DNA of 64,000 bases. It comes from a virus. Under the pieces are notes generated by a model. That model was not told where the DNA came from. It ran no database searches and worked only from the letters and a program-made list of their open reading frames with translations. The stretch spans positions 1 to 64,000 of IMG/VR virus record IMGVR_UViG_3300014838_000015. The stretch is one strand, 5' to 3'. The position numbers were made by a program, and so were the translations under genes. Below are positions 1-8,414 of this stretch, one piece after another (positions within the stretch are counted from its first letter, which is position 1; each line of letters starts with the position of its first letter).

Positions 1-1008
1 TGAAACAAACGTCCCGCTAACGCCGATAATTGCTGGCCAGTTACCGATCATCGATGTAACTGTACCAGAAACTGCTTGTGGTCCTGAAGTGTATGCATTA
101 ACAGAACCCGTCACATTCTGAGGCCCAGAAGTATATGAAGATCCCGGTGTTGATGTTAAAGAACCACTGACACCGATGATTGCCGGCCAATTTGTGATAG
201 CAATTGAACCGCTAACAAGTTGAGCGCCTGAAGTGTAAACATTCTGACCACCTGTCGCAGGCGAAAGAGTTCCGCTAACGCCGATAATTGCAGGCCAGTT
301 GCCGATCATCGATGTCACGGTGCCAGAAACTGCTTGAACGCCGCTGGTGTATACGTTCAGTCCCGGTTGACCTGAAATAGCAACAGTTCCAGAAACATTC
401 TGAGGACCAGACGTAAAAACAGACGTGCCACCAACTGGCATTGAATTTATTGTTCCACTAACGCCTAACGTCACCGGCCAATTGGTAAGAGCGACTGACC
501 CAGAAATGCCTTGTAATCCAGACGTATAAACATTGGTACCACCAACTGAAAGCGTCGAGACGGTACCTGAAACACCTTGAAGACCACTAGTAAAGACATT
601 CGTTCCTGGAACACTGACAACCGCAATAGATCCACTTATTCCCTGTGGACCTGAAGTGTAAACATTCACGGTTCCTGACACGCCTTGTAAACCAGACGTA
701 AAAACGTTCAGACCAGGTTGACCAATCACAGACACAGAACCTGAAACACCAATCAATGAAGGCCAATTGGTTATAGTTGCACCAACGGTTCCCGATACGT
801 TCTGTGTTGTTGGAAATGCAACTTGGCTAGTAACTGATCCAGTGATGACCAAGCTACCAGAAGAAATTTGAAGGAATCGAACGTAACCGATTGAATCAAC
901 GCCAGCAGTCACCAATCCTATGTTACCAGCGGGCAGCAACACGCTGCTCGAGACACCCATTGGATTGCCGTTAACATCAAAAAGTATCGCTGCTGGTGAT
1001 CCGCTCAT
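1..1008 (-). CDS. Repeat-rich Gly/Ser/Val/Thr fiber-like structural protein (runs off window start; not in ORF track)
   Basis: ATG at 1006-1008 overlaps the upstream TGA (ATGA). The frame reads MSGSPAAILFDVNGNPMG... then repeated NV(F/Y)TSGxQxVSG(T/S)V and NWPAIIGVSG units to position 1. Confidence 0.8.
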   Translation of the reverse strand, partial: MSGSPAAILFDVNGNPMGVSSSVLLPAGNIGLVTAGVDSIGYVRFLQISSGSLVITGSVTSQVAFPTTQNVSGTVGATITNWPSLIGVSGSVSVIGQPGLNVFTSGLQGVSGTVNVYTSGPQGISGSIAVVSVPGTNVFTSGLQGVSGTVSTLSVGGTNVYTSGLQGISGSVALTNWPVTLGVSGTINSMPVGGTSVFTSGPQNVSGTVAISGQPGLNVYTSGVQAVSGTVTSMIGNWPAIIGVSGTLSPATGGQNVYTSGAQLVSGSIAITNWPAIIGVSGSLTSTPGSSYTSGPQNVTGSVNAYTSGPQAVSGTVTSMIGNWPAIIGVSGTFVS

Positions 1009-1568
1009 GGTTGTGACCGAGTACGCGACGTTTCGAATACGCCACTATATGTAACGGTGTCTGTGTACGACTCGACCACAGACACACCATCTGATGCATA
1101 TGCCCGCCATTTTATCACAGTTGGAAGTTTATTAGAATTTCTAGTCACGATTGAATCAACTATCCTCTTTGTCCTCGTTGAATCAGTCCACCATACGGTT
1201 CCCGATGGAAATGGCGATGAACTATCGGTATCCTTCACGAGGTTGTTCGGCCATTGAATACCACGAGGACCATCGTCATCAGATAGATGAATGACCTGTT
1301 GAAGCAATTCATGTAACTGAGAGTTCGGTAACCCTGACGATGCAGTTGCAACGATATATGACGCCGTTGTGTTCGATAAAGCGCTACTAGAAATTGCAAG
1401 AATGCTGCCGGCACCATAATCATTGATCGTTACACCTGGACCCGCAGCTAATTGCCTCGCATTGCCCAAGCTACCTGTGTTGGCAACAAGAACGAATTCT
1501 GCATTCGGATCAGCACCTTGAATGATTGTGTTTATGTTAATTGAAGAAGGTGGATATGTTACTGGCAT
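1005..1568 (-). CDS. Putative virion structural protein
   Basis: 187-aa ORF coupled to its neighbours; AGPGVTIND fiber-like motif; Ser/Thr-rich. Confidence 0.55.
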   Translation of the reverse strand: MPVTYPPSSININTIIQGADPNAEFVLVANTGSLGNARQLAAGPGVTINDYGAGSILAISSSALSNTTASYIVATASSGLPNSQLHELLQQVIHLSDDDGPRGIQWPNNLVKDTDSSSPFPSGTVWWTDSTRTKRIVDSIVTRNSNKLPTVIKWRAYASDGVSVVESYTDTVTYSGVFETSRTRSQP

Positions 1569-1572
1569 TTAG

Positions 1573-2523
1573 TTATTGCTCCGTGACCATTAAATTGCCG
1601 GGAATTGCATCAAACACGTAACTAATTTCTTCAGTCGACAACGTATCCATCGAATAATAAGTACCAGGAAGCATCTGTATGATGAATGATCCTGTCGAAG
1701 CAATTGGGCCCAATGAAATATACGCATTTCCCTTGCTTGTGAACGTGTTAAAAACGCTGACACCAAACCTATTTGCATTCGAAGCAAGGGCAACCTGACT
1801 AACGAGGCTGGCAGTCAAATTTTGCGTTGTGTGAGACGTTGAACGTGGTGATGTAAAATTAGTCACCTGAACAGAACCGGTAACCTGTTGAACTCCAACG
1901 TTCGTCGCAAACGAACCTGTCACCCATATTGGCGCTGATTGAGGTGCTGTAACAATGATCGAACCAGAAATACCGACCGTACCAGATATGAACTGAGCAC
2001 CGCTTGTATAGATGTTCTGACCGCCTGAAGCAGTCGACAACGTTCCACTAACGCCAATCGTAGCCGGCCAATTCGTTATCGTCGTAGGTTGATTTGCGGG
2101 AAAATTGTTTACATTGATCGATCCACTTACGCCAACAAACGCTGGCCAGTTACCGATCATCGATGTAACTGTACCAGAAACGTTTTGAGGACCTGTGGTA
2201 AACACCGATGTTCCACCGACTGGCGTTGAACTTACAGATCCACTAACGCCGACAATCGATGGCCAATTCGTCACAACGATAGAACCAGAAATTCCTTGAA
2301 GCACAGGAAAGTTGGCAACCGTGACCGGCAATGAACTGCTAACAGATACATTGACCTGATTCAGAACGGTGACATCCGCGCTTCCACTCGTCGTCGTGCT
2401 ACCGCCGATTGAACCTGTGATCCACAACGGATTTGTTATCGAAGTTCCAACTATGCTAACGCTACCCGTCACAACGACAGGTGCCGACGTCGATAAATCC
2501 GCTTTGTCGTTAAAGAGAGGCAT
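1573..2523 (-). CDS. Repeat-containing fiber/decoration-like protein
   Basis: Same TNWPxxxGVSG / TSGxQxVSG repeats as 1-1008; C-terminal domain (LASNANRFG...YISLG...PG.YY) shared with 2524-3003. Confidence 0.65.
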   Translation of the reverse strand: MPLFNDKADLSTSAPVVVTGSVSIVGTSITNPLWITGSIGGSTTTSGSADVTVLNQVNVSVSSSLPVTVANFPVLQGISGSIVVTNWPSIVGVSGSVSSTPVGGTSVFTTGPQNVSGTVTSMIGNWPAFVGVSGSINVNNFPANQPTTITNWPATIGVSGTLSTASGGQNIYTSGAQFISGTVGISGSIIVTAPQSAPIWVTGSFATNVGVQQVTGSVQVTNFTSPRSTSHTTQNLTASLVSQVALASNANRFGVSVFNTFTSKGNAYISLGPIASTGSFIIQMLPGTYYSMDTLSTEEISYVFDAIPGNLMVTEQ

Positions 2524-3003
2524 TTATTTGTGAAATTCAGTGATGAATAACGTACCTACGTTTGTGTCCCACGTGCCGTCAATCTCACCTGGATAAGTAA
2601 AAGGCATCTCGTAGTAGCCACCAGGTCGAAGCTTAACGCTGTAGCTATTCGTTGCTGCACCAGCGCCAAACTTCACGTATACACTACCGGATGAAAAATC
2701 ATCACATGTGAATATTATACCCAAACGCGCGGTATTCGATTGAAGCAAAACAACGTTTGCAAAGCTTGCAGTAACGACAGTCAACGTTGTTCCTGATGCT
2801 GAAACAGGTGAAGACGTCACAGGAATCGAACCAGTCGTTGAAATGAACCATGGCGCGCTGGGATTACCAGGACCCTGACCCATTGACGTCCCAACGTTGA
2901 CGTTGAAGCTCGCAGAGAGCTGAACGTTATCAATGGCGACGCTTCCGGTAACCTGAACGACGTTACCGACTGAAACGATGTCTGTTAAAGCATATGCTGT
3001 CAC
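2524..3003 (-). CDS. Small structural protein, paralog of the C-terminal domain of 1573-2523
   Basis: LLQSNTARLG...YVKFG...LRPGGYY aligns by eye with the 1573-2523 C-terminus. Confidence 0.55.
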   Translation of the reverse strand: MTAYALTDIVSVGNVVQVTGSVAIDNVQLSASFNVNVGTSMGQGPGNPSAPWFISTTGSIPVTSSPVSASGTTLTVVTASFANVVLLQSNTARLGIIFTCDDFSSGSVYVKFGAGAATNSYSVKLRPGGYYEMPFTYPGEIDGTWDTNVGTLFITEFHK

Positions 3004-3052
3004 GCAGGATCCCTAACAAATATACCCCACGCAACGTACATATGACCGCAAC

Positions 3053-3343
3053 TCACTCGTTACCGTTGATGCACTCACCTATAAGAAGACGTAAAGAACC
3101 GATGGAAATCCTCAACGATCTCCCTTCAGGATAAACAGGACCCTTCATCGTGGTATCGATGTTTTCATCGCTGTTTGCTTCATCATCAGTTAGAAGCTCT
3201 TCACCCGGATCAAGCTCATCCTCTGCTCCAGCCACACACATCATCCCACCGCGTGCCTGTGGAGGAGTTCCAAACGCATCCTCATGGATACACAAGTCAG
3301 ATCCAACGAACGATCTCAAACGATTCAATCGCCTCTGTGCCAC
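3053..3343 (-). CDS. Hypothetical acidic protein
   Basis: 96-aa ORF with C-terminal LRLLIGE motif. Confidence 0.45.
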   Translation of the reverse strand: MAQRRLNRLRSFVGSDLCIHEDAFGTPPQARGGMMCVAGAEDELDPGEELLTDDEANSDENIDTTMKGPVYPEGRSLRISIGSLRLLIGECINGNE

Positions 3344-3480
3344 AACGATACGTATACTGAACGTTACTTATTGATGATCTTTAGCTCGTCAATCTCATCG
3401 ATGTGTTCAATAATGATATTATATGCTGAACTTGGGATAATTGTGTGACAACGCGTTGTCACACGACCGAACAAACGTCG

Positions 3481-4035
3481 CTAACGCCGGACGACACCCA
3501 AATGTCCGCGCCCTTCGCGCCGAACGAGATCGAATTGAACGGGCTTCGCCTCGTTTGCGATGCGTTCGATTTCATTCGCGGCGTCCCGAAGCACTTGCGA
3601 CTGGCTGTCCGTCCGTACTTCACCGACGCGCGCAGTTTTGTTCGTAGCCATATCAATAAGACTCTTTTTCACAAGAACACCATCAATATCAACATAATTT
3701 GTGTCAGCGTTAACATCAATAACGCTGATCCATTTTACAAATGCTTCTTTTGTTCTTTTACAAACTTCTTCTTCAAGATTAGGTGCAGTTTCAGAAAAAT
3801 TTTCATAAACATATTGTTGAACTTGATCAATTATTTGATCAAGAACTAGATCAATTTTACGTTGTTTGAGTATATTACAAACAAGATCTTTTGATGATTT
3901 AACATCATGTTCAACGTCAGTCGTTACAACGATTGAACTTTCTTTTCTTTCTTCTAACGCCTTAAATCGTTCATCAAGCTTTGAAAACGTTTCTTCAATC
4001 ACATCAATATTGTCCATGTTAACACCTTCAATCAT
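3481..4035 (-). CDS. Hypothetical protein (AT-rich N-part, GC-richer C-part)
   Basis: 184-aa ORF overlapping the upstream stop. Confidence 0.5.
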   Translation of the reverse strand: MIEGVNMDNIDVIEETFSKLDERFKALEERKESSIVVTTDVEHDVKSSKDLVCNILKQRKIDLVLDQIIDQVQQYVYENFSETAPNLEEEVCKRTKEAFVKWISVIDVNADTNYVDIDGVLVKKSLIDMATNKTARVGEVRTDSQSQVLRDAANEIERIANEAKPVQFDLVRREGRGHLGVVRR

Positions 4036-4687
4036 TTAACGCTTGCCATGCACGACCTAACACGATCTCAGCACCGTGTGTTGTCGGATGCACGCCGTCT
4101 GCTAACTGCACGCTAGCATCATCTATACTAACATACACACATGCTGGCATCACAATATCATGTAACATTGAATTGATGGGCCACGTGCGACCATGAACTG
4201 ATGTGTTTCCAACCCAAACGCATCCAATGTGATAACTACGAACAACGTCAAGAATTTGATCAACATTGGGCGCTTGAACGGCATAATAATCGTTCGTTCC
4301 CAAGAACACAATGACATCATCAACGTTAGAGTGAGAACGTAGCGATGTTGCAAATCGATCGTTCAACGTCCAATATTCAATCGTCGTTCCTGGCCTACAA
4401 TCAACATCGAACGTATCGATCAATCTATTGTTTGCACGATCAACGCCTTCAACGACGCGTTGCATGATTGCACCAACTGCGCATGCCTGTGAATCGCCTA
4501 CAACGAGAACGTGTCGAGACGGTTTACGATCGAACACGGTTCGATCAACGCACATCGTTGGTTCAACTGACTGTGCTGTACACTGATCGATTCCATCGCT
4601 GCTCGTTGCAATAGCGTGATCGAACGTGCCAGCGAACGCACCGTAGCAACAACACGTAATCGCAACGAACGACGACCATGAACGCAA
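4028..4687 (-). CDS. SGNH/GDSL-family hydrolase, possibly exported
   Basis: Block I VVGDSQ, block III LGTND, block V DGVHP; hydrophobic N-terminus. Confidence 0.8.
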   Translation of the reverse strand: MRSWSSFVAITCCCYGAFAGTFDHAIATSSDGIDQCTAQSVEPTMCVDRTVFDRKPSRHVLVVGDSQACAVGAIMQRVVEGVDRANNRLIDTFDVDCRPGTTIEYWTLNDRFATSLRSHSNVDDVIVFLGTNDYYAVQAPNVDQILDVVRSYHIGCVWVGNTSVHGRTWPINSMLHDIVMPACVYVSIDDASVQLADGVHPTTHGAEIVLGRAWQALND

Positions 4688-4690
4688 TGA

Positions 4691-4948
4691 TCACCTGCCC
4701 GCGATGAGCACCTGTGCAGCTAGCTCAACACGTTTGCGAAGTTCATCAGGTAATGCCGAAAGAAGAATATACGTCTCAGCCTTAACGATACCATGTGGCA
4801 CGCCTTCGCTGATCGAATCACCGTTTATCACGCCCACTCGCAGAGCCAACGGTGGCAATCCTGCCCTGTTCGCAATCATCGGTTGGTACAGATCGACCCT
4901 TTGAGGGGTCACTTGAGTTCCCATTGTTTTTCCTTCCATTCGTTTCAA
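4691..4948 (-). CDS. Hypothetical protein
   Basis: ORF in operon-like packing. Confidence 0.5.
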   Translation of the reverse strand: MKRMEGKTMGTQVTPQRVDLYQPMIANRAGLPPLALRVGVINGDSISEGVPHGIVKAETYILLSALPDELRKRVELAAQVLIAGR

Positions 4949-5102
4949 GTGCTAGCTTTTTATCAGCAGGTGCATCACGCATGATTCGAACAAGTTCATC
5001 CTGTAACGGTTTAGGATCGCCACCCGTGAGCGCAGTCGCCATCACACGTTCAAGAAAACACGCAAATTTTGCATCCCAACCATGCAAACGTCGAGAGGAC
5101 AT
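4818..5102 (-). CDS. Hypothetical protein
   Basis: GGAG-like SD upstream; its 3' part overlaps the next ORF. Confidence 0.4.
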   Translation of the reverse strand: MSSRRLHGWDAKFACFLERVMATALTGGDPKPLQDELVRIMRDAPADKKLALETNGRKNNGNSSDPSKGRSVPTDDCEQGRIATVGSASGRDKR

Positions 5103-5109
5103 TTCTACA

Positions 5110-5292
5110 TCACCCCTTCAACAACGCATTCTTGCACTCATTGAGCGCTTCTGTGGCACTAGCGAGTTGCTTCTGCAACTCAACAAGTAGTTCCTTCATC
5201 GTAATGATGTTACGTGAACCAACGTGCTCGTTCTTTATTTGTTCTTCTAATGTGGAAATCTGTTCCACTAATAGCTCAGTCCTTGCCGACAT
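5110..5292 (-). CDS. Small coiled-coil protein
   Basis: Heptad Leu pattern; -10 TAGGAT 6 nt before the ATG. Confidence 0.55.
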   Translation of the reverse strand: MSARTELLVEQISTLEEQIKNEHVGSRNIITMKELLVELQKQLASATEALNECKNALLKG

Positions 5293-5360
5293 ACTATGAT
5301 CCTACTCCATTCTCGGGTCACTGTGAACCCAAAGAATATGTAGGCGTACGCAGCGACGTG

Positions 5361-5618
5361 TTACAGTACCCACGACCTACGAACGAATCCTTCAACAACA
5401 TCAACGTTCACACACTTTGTGAACTCAGATACACACTGTTGTTGCTTGACAACGCCATCCAACCTGCCTACGTTGAGCTTAAATCCAGCAGACCTAACGG
5501 TAACGAACGCTTGAGCTAGCATCATTCCGTTTATGCTCTGTGCAACCTTCATTGCCAATTCATAACCCTCTAAACGTTTACCGTTGCTCTTACGATACGT
5601 GTTCTTTCTGTCACTCAT
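5361..5618 (-). CDS. Hypothetical protein
   Basis: 85-aa ORF; -10 TATCAT 6 nt before the ATG. Confidence 0.55.
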   Translation of the reverse strand: MSDRKNTYRKSNGKRLEGYELAMKVAQSINGMMLAQAFVTVRSAGFKLNVGRLDGVVKQQQCVSEFTKCVNVDVVEGFVRRSWVL

Positions 5619-5717
5619 TTGTTGATGATAATGACATCGCTCATTCAGTTGTAACCCAACATTGGATAATCACAAAATAAACGATTCATTTCCTTTTCAT
5701 TGTTGATGTAAAAACAT

Positions 5718-6077
5718 TGGTGGAGATGTCGGCATCCGAGAGCCGAGTCTACGACCTTTCCTCGAAAAAATTCTACAAGCTTAATCCTTCTGTTTGATCG
5801 TCCTAGGATGGGACTATGTGACCTGTTTTTCGTCGGATTCACAACACGACGTTTCGTTTTTACACCCGACGGTGTTTTTAGTGAATCGCTCCACCAGCGC
5901 TCGACTTGCTGTTCCTAGGTTGTCGAGTACCCGTTCCGTCAGGCCGCGTTAGCGAGCGAGACAGAGACGACGCCGTTATCGTTGGCAGTCAAACGTGGTC
6001 ACGTTTTTGTCGAGGTTCATAACCATCCTCGGCTTGCATTTCTTCAATTCTTCGCCGTATCGAATCCTTTCATCCCC
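5718..6077 (-). ncRNA. ssrA: tmRNA (transfer-messenger RNA)
   Basis: 5' GGGGATGAAAGGATTCGA and 3' CATCTCC-ACCA form a 7-bp acceptor stem with the G3:U alanine wobble and encoded CCA; T-stem TCGGC/GCCGA; internal tag frame 5986-5939 = ANDNGVVSVSLANAA*; length 360 nt. Confidence 0.95.
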
Positions 6078-6154
6078 ATATGGTGATCAGGAACGTTCCC
6101 TGACCAACAATAGTAACTATACCACCCACGAGCATCGCTTTGCACCGCAAGACG

Positions 6155-6388
6155 TTAACGTCGTTCAACGATCGAATCAAGGTGTTCTATCTTCTTCTTC
6201 TCACGCTTCATGAAGGCATCAAATTTATCACGAAACTCGCTGTCGTATGTTTTAACAGACTCAAGTGAGTCAACGATGCATGCTCGAACCTTTGCTAGCA
6301 CTGTTTCAGCTTCATCGGTCATTTCATCGTGCATCACCAACGTATCGTACAGAAACATCAATTCACCAGCGTTTAGATTGAGCTTCAT
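6155..6388 (-). CDS. Hypothetical protein
   Basis: 77-aa ORF with AGGA SD. Confidence 0.6.
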   Translation of the reverse strand: MKLNLNAGELMFLYDTLVMHDEMTDEAETVLAKVRACIVDSLESVKTYDSEFRDKFDAFMKREKKKIEHLDSIVERR

Positions 6389-6479
6389 TTGTTCATCCTT
6401 TTAACGATCAATGGCAGGATATCCTGCCACCAACCTTACAACTCACGGTGTCAAAAGTATATCAGCAAGCAAAATCCGC

Positions 6480-6782
6480 TTAGTATCGAAGGTCAGGCTC
6501 CGACAATCCAACAGCATCAAAGTGCTTGCGTAGAGCAAGAAACAACGTTCGAGCCTCGCGACCGTTGAATTCAAGCGTCGGATACCCAAACTCACGTCCC
6601 TCACAATCAATGAACAAACGAGTGCTGTTCATTCGTGGATTGGTTGAAATCGCAAGTTCAAGCGATCCGGGATCACGACGGGACGTCTCTGTTCGAACAT
6701 TACCGTTCTTATCTGACCGAACGATGACACGGGAATTGCTGTTCGTTGATCGTACCACTTTGCTACCTGTTTTCGTTCCCAT
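6480..6782 (-). CDS. Hypothetical protein
   Basis: Start moved to MGTKTG (AGGAG SD); promoter TTGTAC-17-TACTAT at 6851-6823. Confidence 0.6.
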   Translation of the reverse strand: MGTKTGSKVVRSTNSNSRVIVRSDKNGNVRTETSRRDPGSLELAISTNPRMNSTRLFIDCEGREFGYPTLEFNGREARTLFLALRKHFDAVGLSEPDLRY

Positions 6783-6940
6783 TTTCTCTCCTGGTTTGAT
6801 CGTTGATCGATCATGTAAAGAGATAGTACATTCGCACGCGCCTGTGTACAAACCGCCCCCGTTAAAAGACTTTGGCGTAACCTTGAGATATTAGATCACG
6901 CCAAATGAACGATTCCGTGGGCGGCCCGTGGGCAGCAAAA

Positions 6941-7378
6941 TCACGGCTTGAGCGTTACGCTACCGGAAACTGCACAGAGCAACCAACCCTTGCTATCAGA
7001 CCAAAACCCAACGGTTCCGCCCGCTGGAACCTGCAACTTGGTGCCGAGCGAAGAAGAAACCGTCTGAATTCCACCAGTACCAGGTACGTTCACGGCCATA
7101 GAACCGGAGATGAGGTACGGGTATTGACCAAGCGAATCAGTGATGAGAATGTCACCGCCCGGCCATGCCGAAGCCGCAGGAAGCGAACCGGTGAACAAAC
7201 CAGCACCGGCCGAACCGGTGACAGAAACGATGTAGAAACCAGGAGCGGGAATTTGAACAGCGCCGCTTCCAGCAGCGCCGAGAGGCAACATCACCTCAGC
7301 GGCCATCGCCGTCACACCGTTGATGGTTATGTTGTTGCTTCCATCATCTACAAAACCACGTTGATCGAGTGTAGCCAT
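6941..7378 (-). CDS. Gly/Ser-rich putative head decoration/structural protein
   Basis: GGAG SD, TACTTA motif at 7401-7406, composition typical of virion proteins. Confidence 0.5.
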   Translation of the reverse strand: MATLDQRGFVDDGSNNITINGVTAMAAEVMLPLGAAGSGAVQIPAPGFYIVSVTGSAGAGLFTGSLPAASAWPGGDILITDSLGQYPYLISGSMAVNVPGTGGIQTVSSSLGTKLQVPAGGTVGFWSDSKGWLLCAVSGSVTLKP

Positions 7379-7440
7379 GTTATGTCTCCCGCTTGAGACT
7401 TAAGTATGGACGATAACGAAGAAATCATTGAAGCATTAAT

Positions 7441-8322
7441 TCACAACTTCAACAGGAATATCTTGTGACCCGCACCCCACACGGGCCTGACGCCTGCTTC
7501 ATCAACGACCTGCTTCTCCGTCTTTCCAGGTTGAGCACGGTACTTGAAACGATCGAAACGCACTGCGCCGTCGGTGTACCAGTAGTTGACAGTTGTTTCA
7601 CCAACGTTCGTAAACCCACACTGATCGTAGACTCTGCCCGTACCGAACCTCAATTCAGCATACGATAGAATCCCATCAAACGCACGTTGTTTAGCATAGT
7701 CCTTGACGAACGACACCATCTTGCTAGAACCACCACGAACGGAAAAACCTGGTTTGAACGCAACTCGAGCTAGCTCACACACGTGACCCCACTTTTTCTG
7801 AATTGGCGTCCTGATCGTGACTGCGCCGACAATTCCATGCAACGGATGAACGAGAAGCATGTGGCCTGATGAACGCGTGGCACCCTGAACGTGCGATGAA
7901 TCAAGAAACGGTTTCGTCTCGAGCGCCGTGACCACATTCATCTCGCAGTCTCTGGCGTGGAGCTTCATCGGCGTTGAACCAAGCGCATTCGTGACAACTG
8001 ACCTACATACCGCTTCCTTCGCTCGCCATTCATCGCTGAAGAACTGCACGTACCTGACGTTCGCCGCACGTGACCTGACGAGCTTGTTCCTCAGGAAACC
8101 TCGATCATAGATCCCAGGACGGCCACCCATCAGGTCGTGTAGGTCAAAACCAACGTTCTTTGACGGCACCCATGCGTCGAACGTGAGGTCATCTGATGGT
8201 CCTGCTGAACGTTCAGCAACCAATCCAAGCGATGAAACGATCGACAACGCGGTGTTTGTGAAAGCATCCTGAACGGCAACGTCATCAAGGAAACACGGAT
8301 TCGCTTCTGCGGCATGTGACAT
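7441..8322 (-). CDS. Hef-like protein: degenerate PD-(D/E)xK domain plus Mom/GNAT-like C-terminal domain
   Basis: ARDC...FLDSSHVQG...ELARV...VRGGSSKM...ILSYAELRFGTGRVY..GF pattern; N-terminal DAWVPSKNVGFDLHD lacks the usual ExxGxYWH. Confidence 0.65.
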   Translation of the reverse strand: MSHAAEANPCFLDDVAVQDAFTNTALSIVSSLGLVAERSAGPSDDLTFDAWVPSKNVGFDLHDLMGGRPGIYDRGFLRNKLVRSRAANVRYVQFFSDEWRAKEAVCRSVVTNALGSTPMKLHARDCEMNVVTALETKPFLDSSHVQGATRSSGHMLLVHPLHGIVGAVTIRTPIQKKWGHVCELARVAFKPGFSVRGGSSKMVSFVKDYAKQRAFDGILSYAELRFGTGRVYDQCGFTNVGETTVNYWYTDGAVRFDRFKYRAQPGKTEKQVVDEAGVRPVWGAGHKIFLLKL

Positions 8323-8414
8323 GTGATGGTGAAAACTCCTGTATGAGATACCATTGTAACACGAAAGATGAGAAAGTTACACCATCACTCGCAATGTCGC
8401 TGATACGTTAGTGT

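Noticed and set aside
1-2523. Diversity-generating retroelement TR/VR pair
   Set aside because: The repeats are in-frame coding modules without evident adenine-specific mismatches, and no reverse transcriptase is in the window.
5645-6213. Short ORFs 5645-5842 and 5995-6213
   Set aside because: They overlap the tmRNA, which explains the region.
6412-6429. Conjugative oriT / T-DNA border (TATCCTGC core)
   Set aside because: Short match only; no relaxase or adjacent oriT structure.
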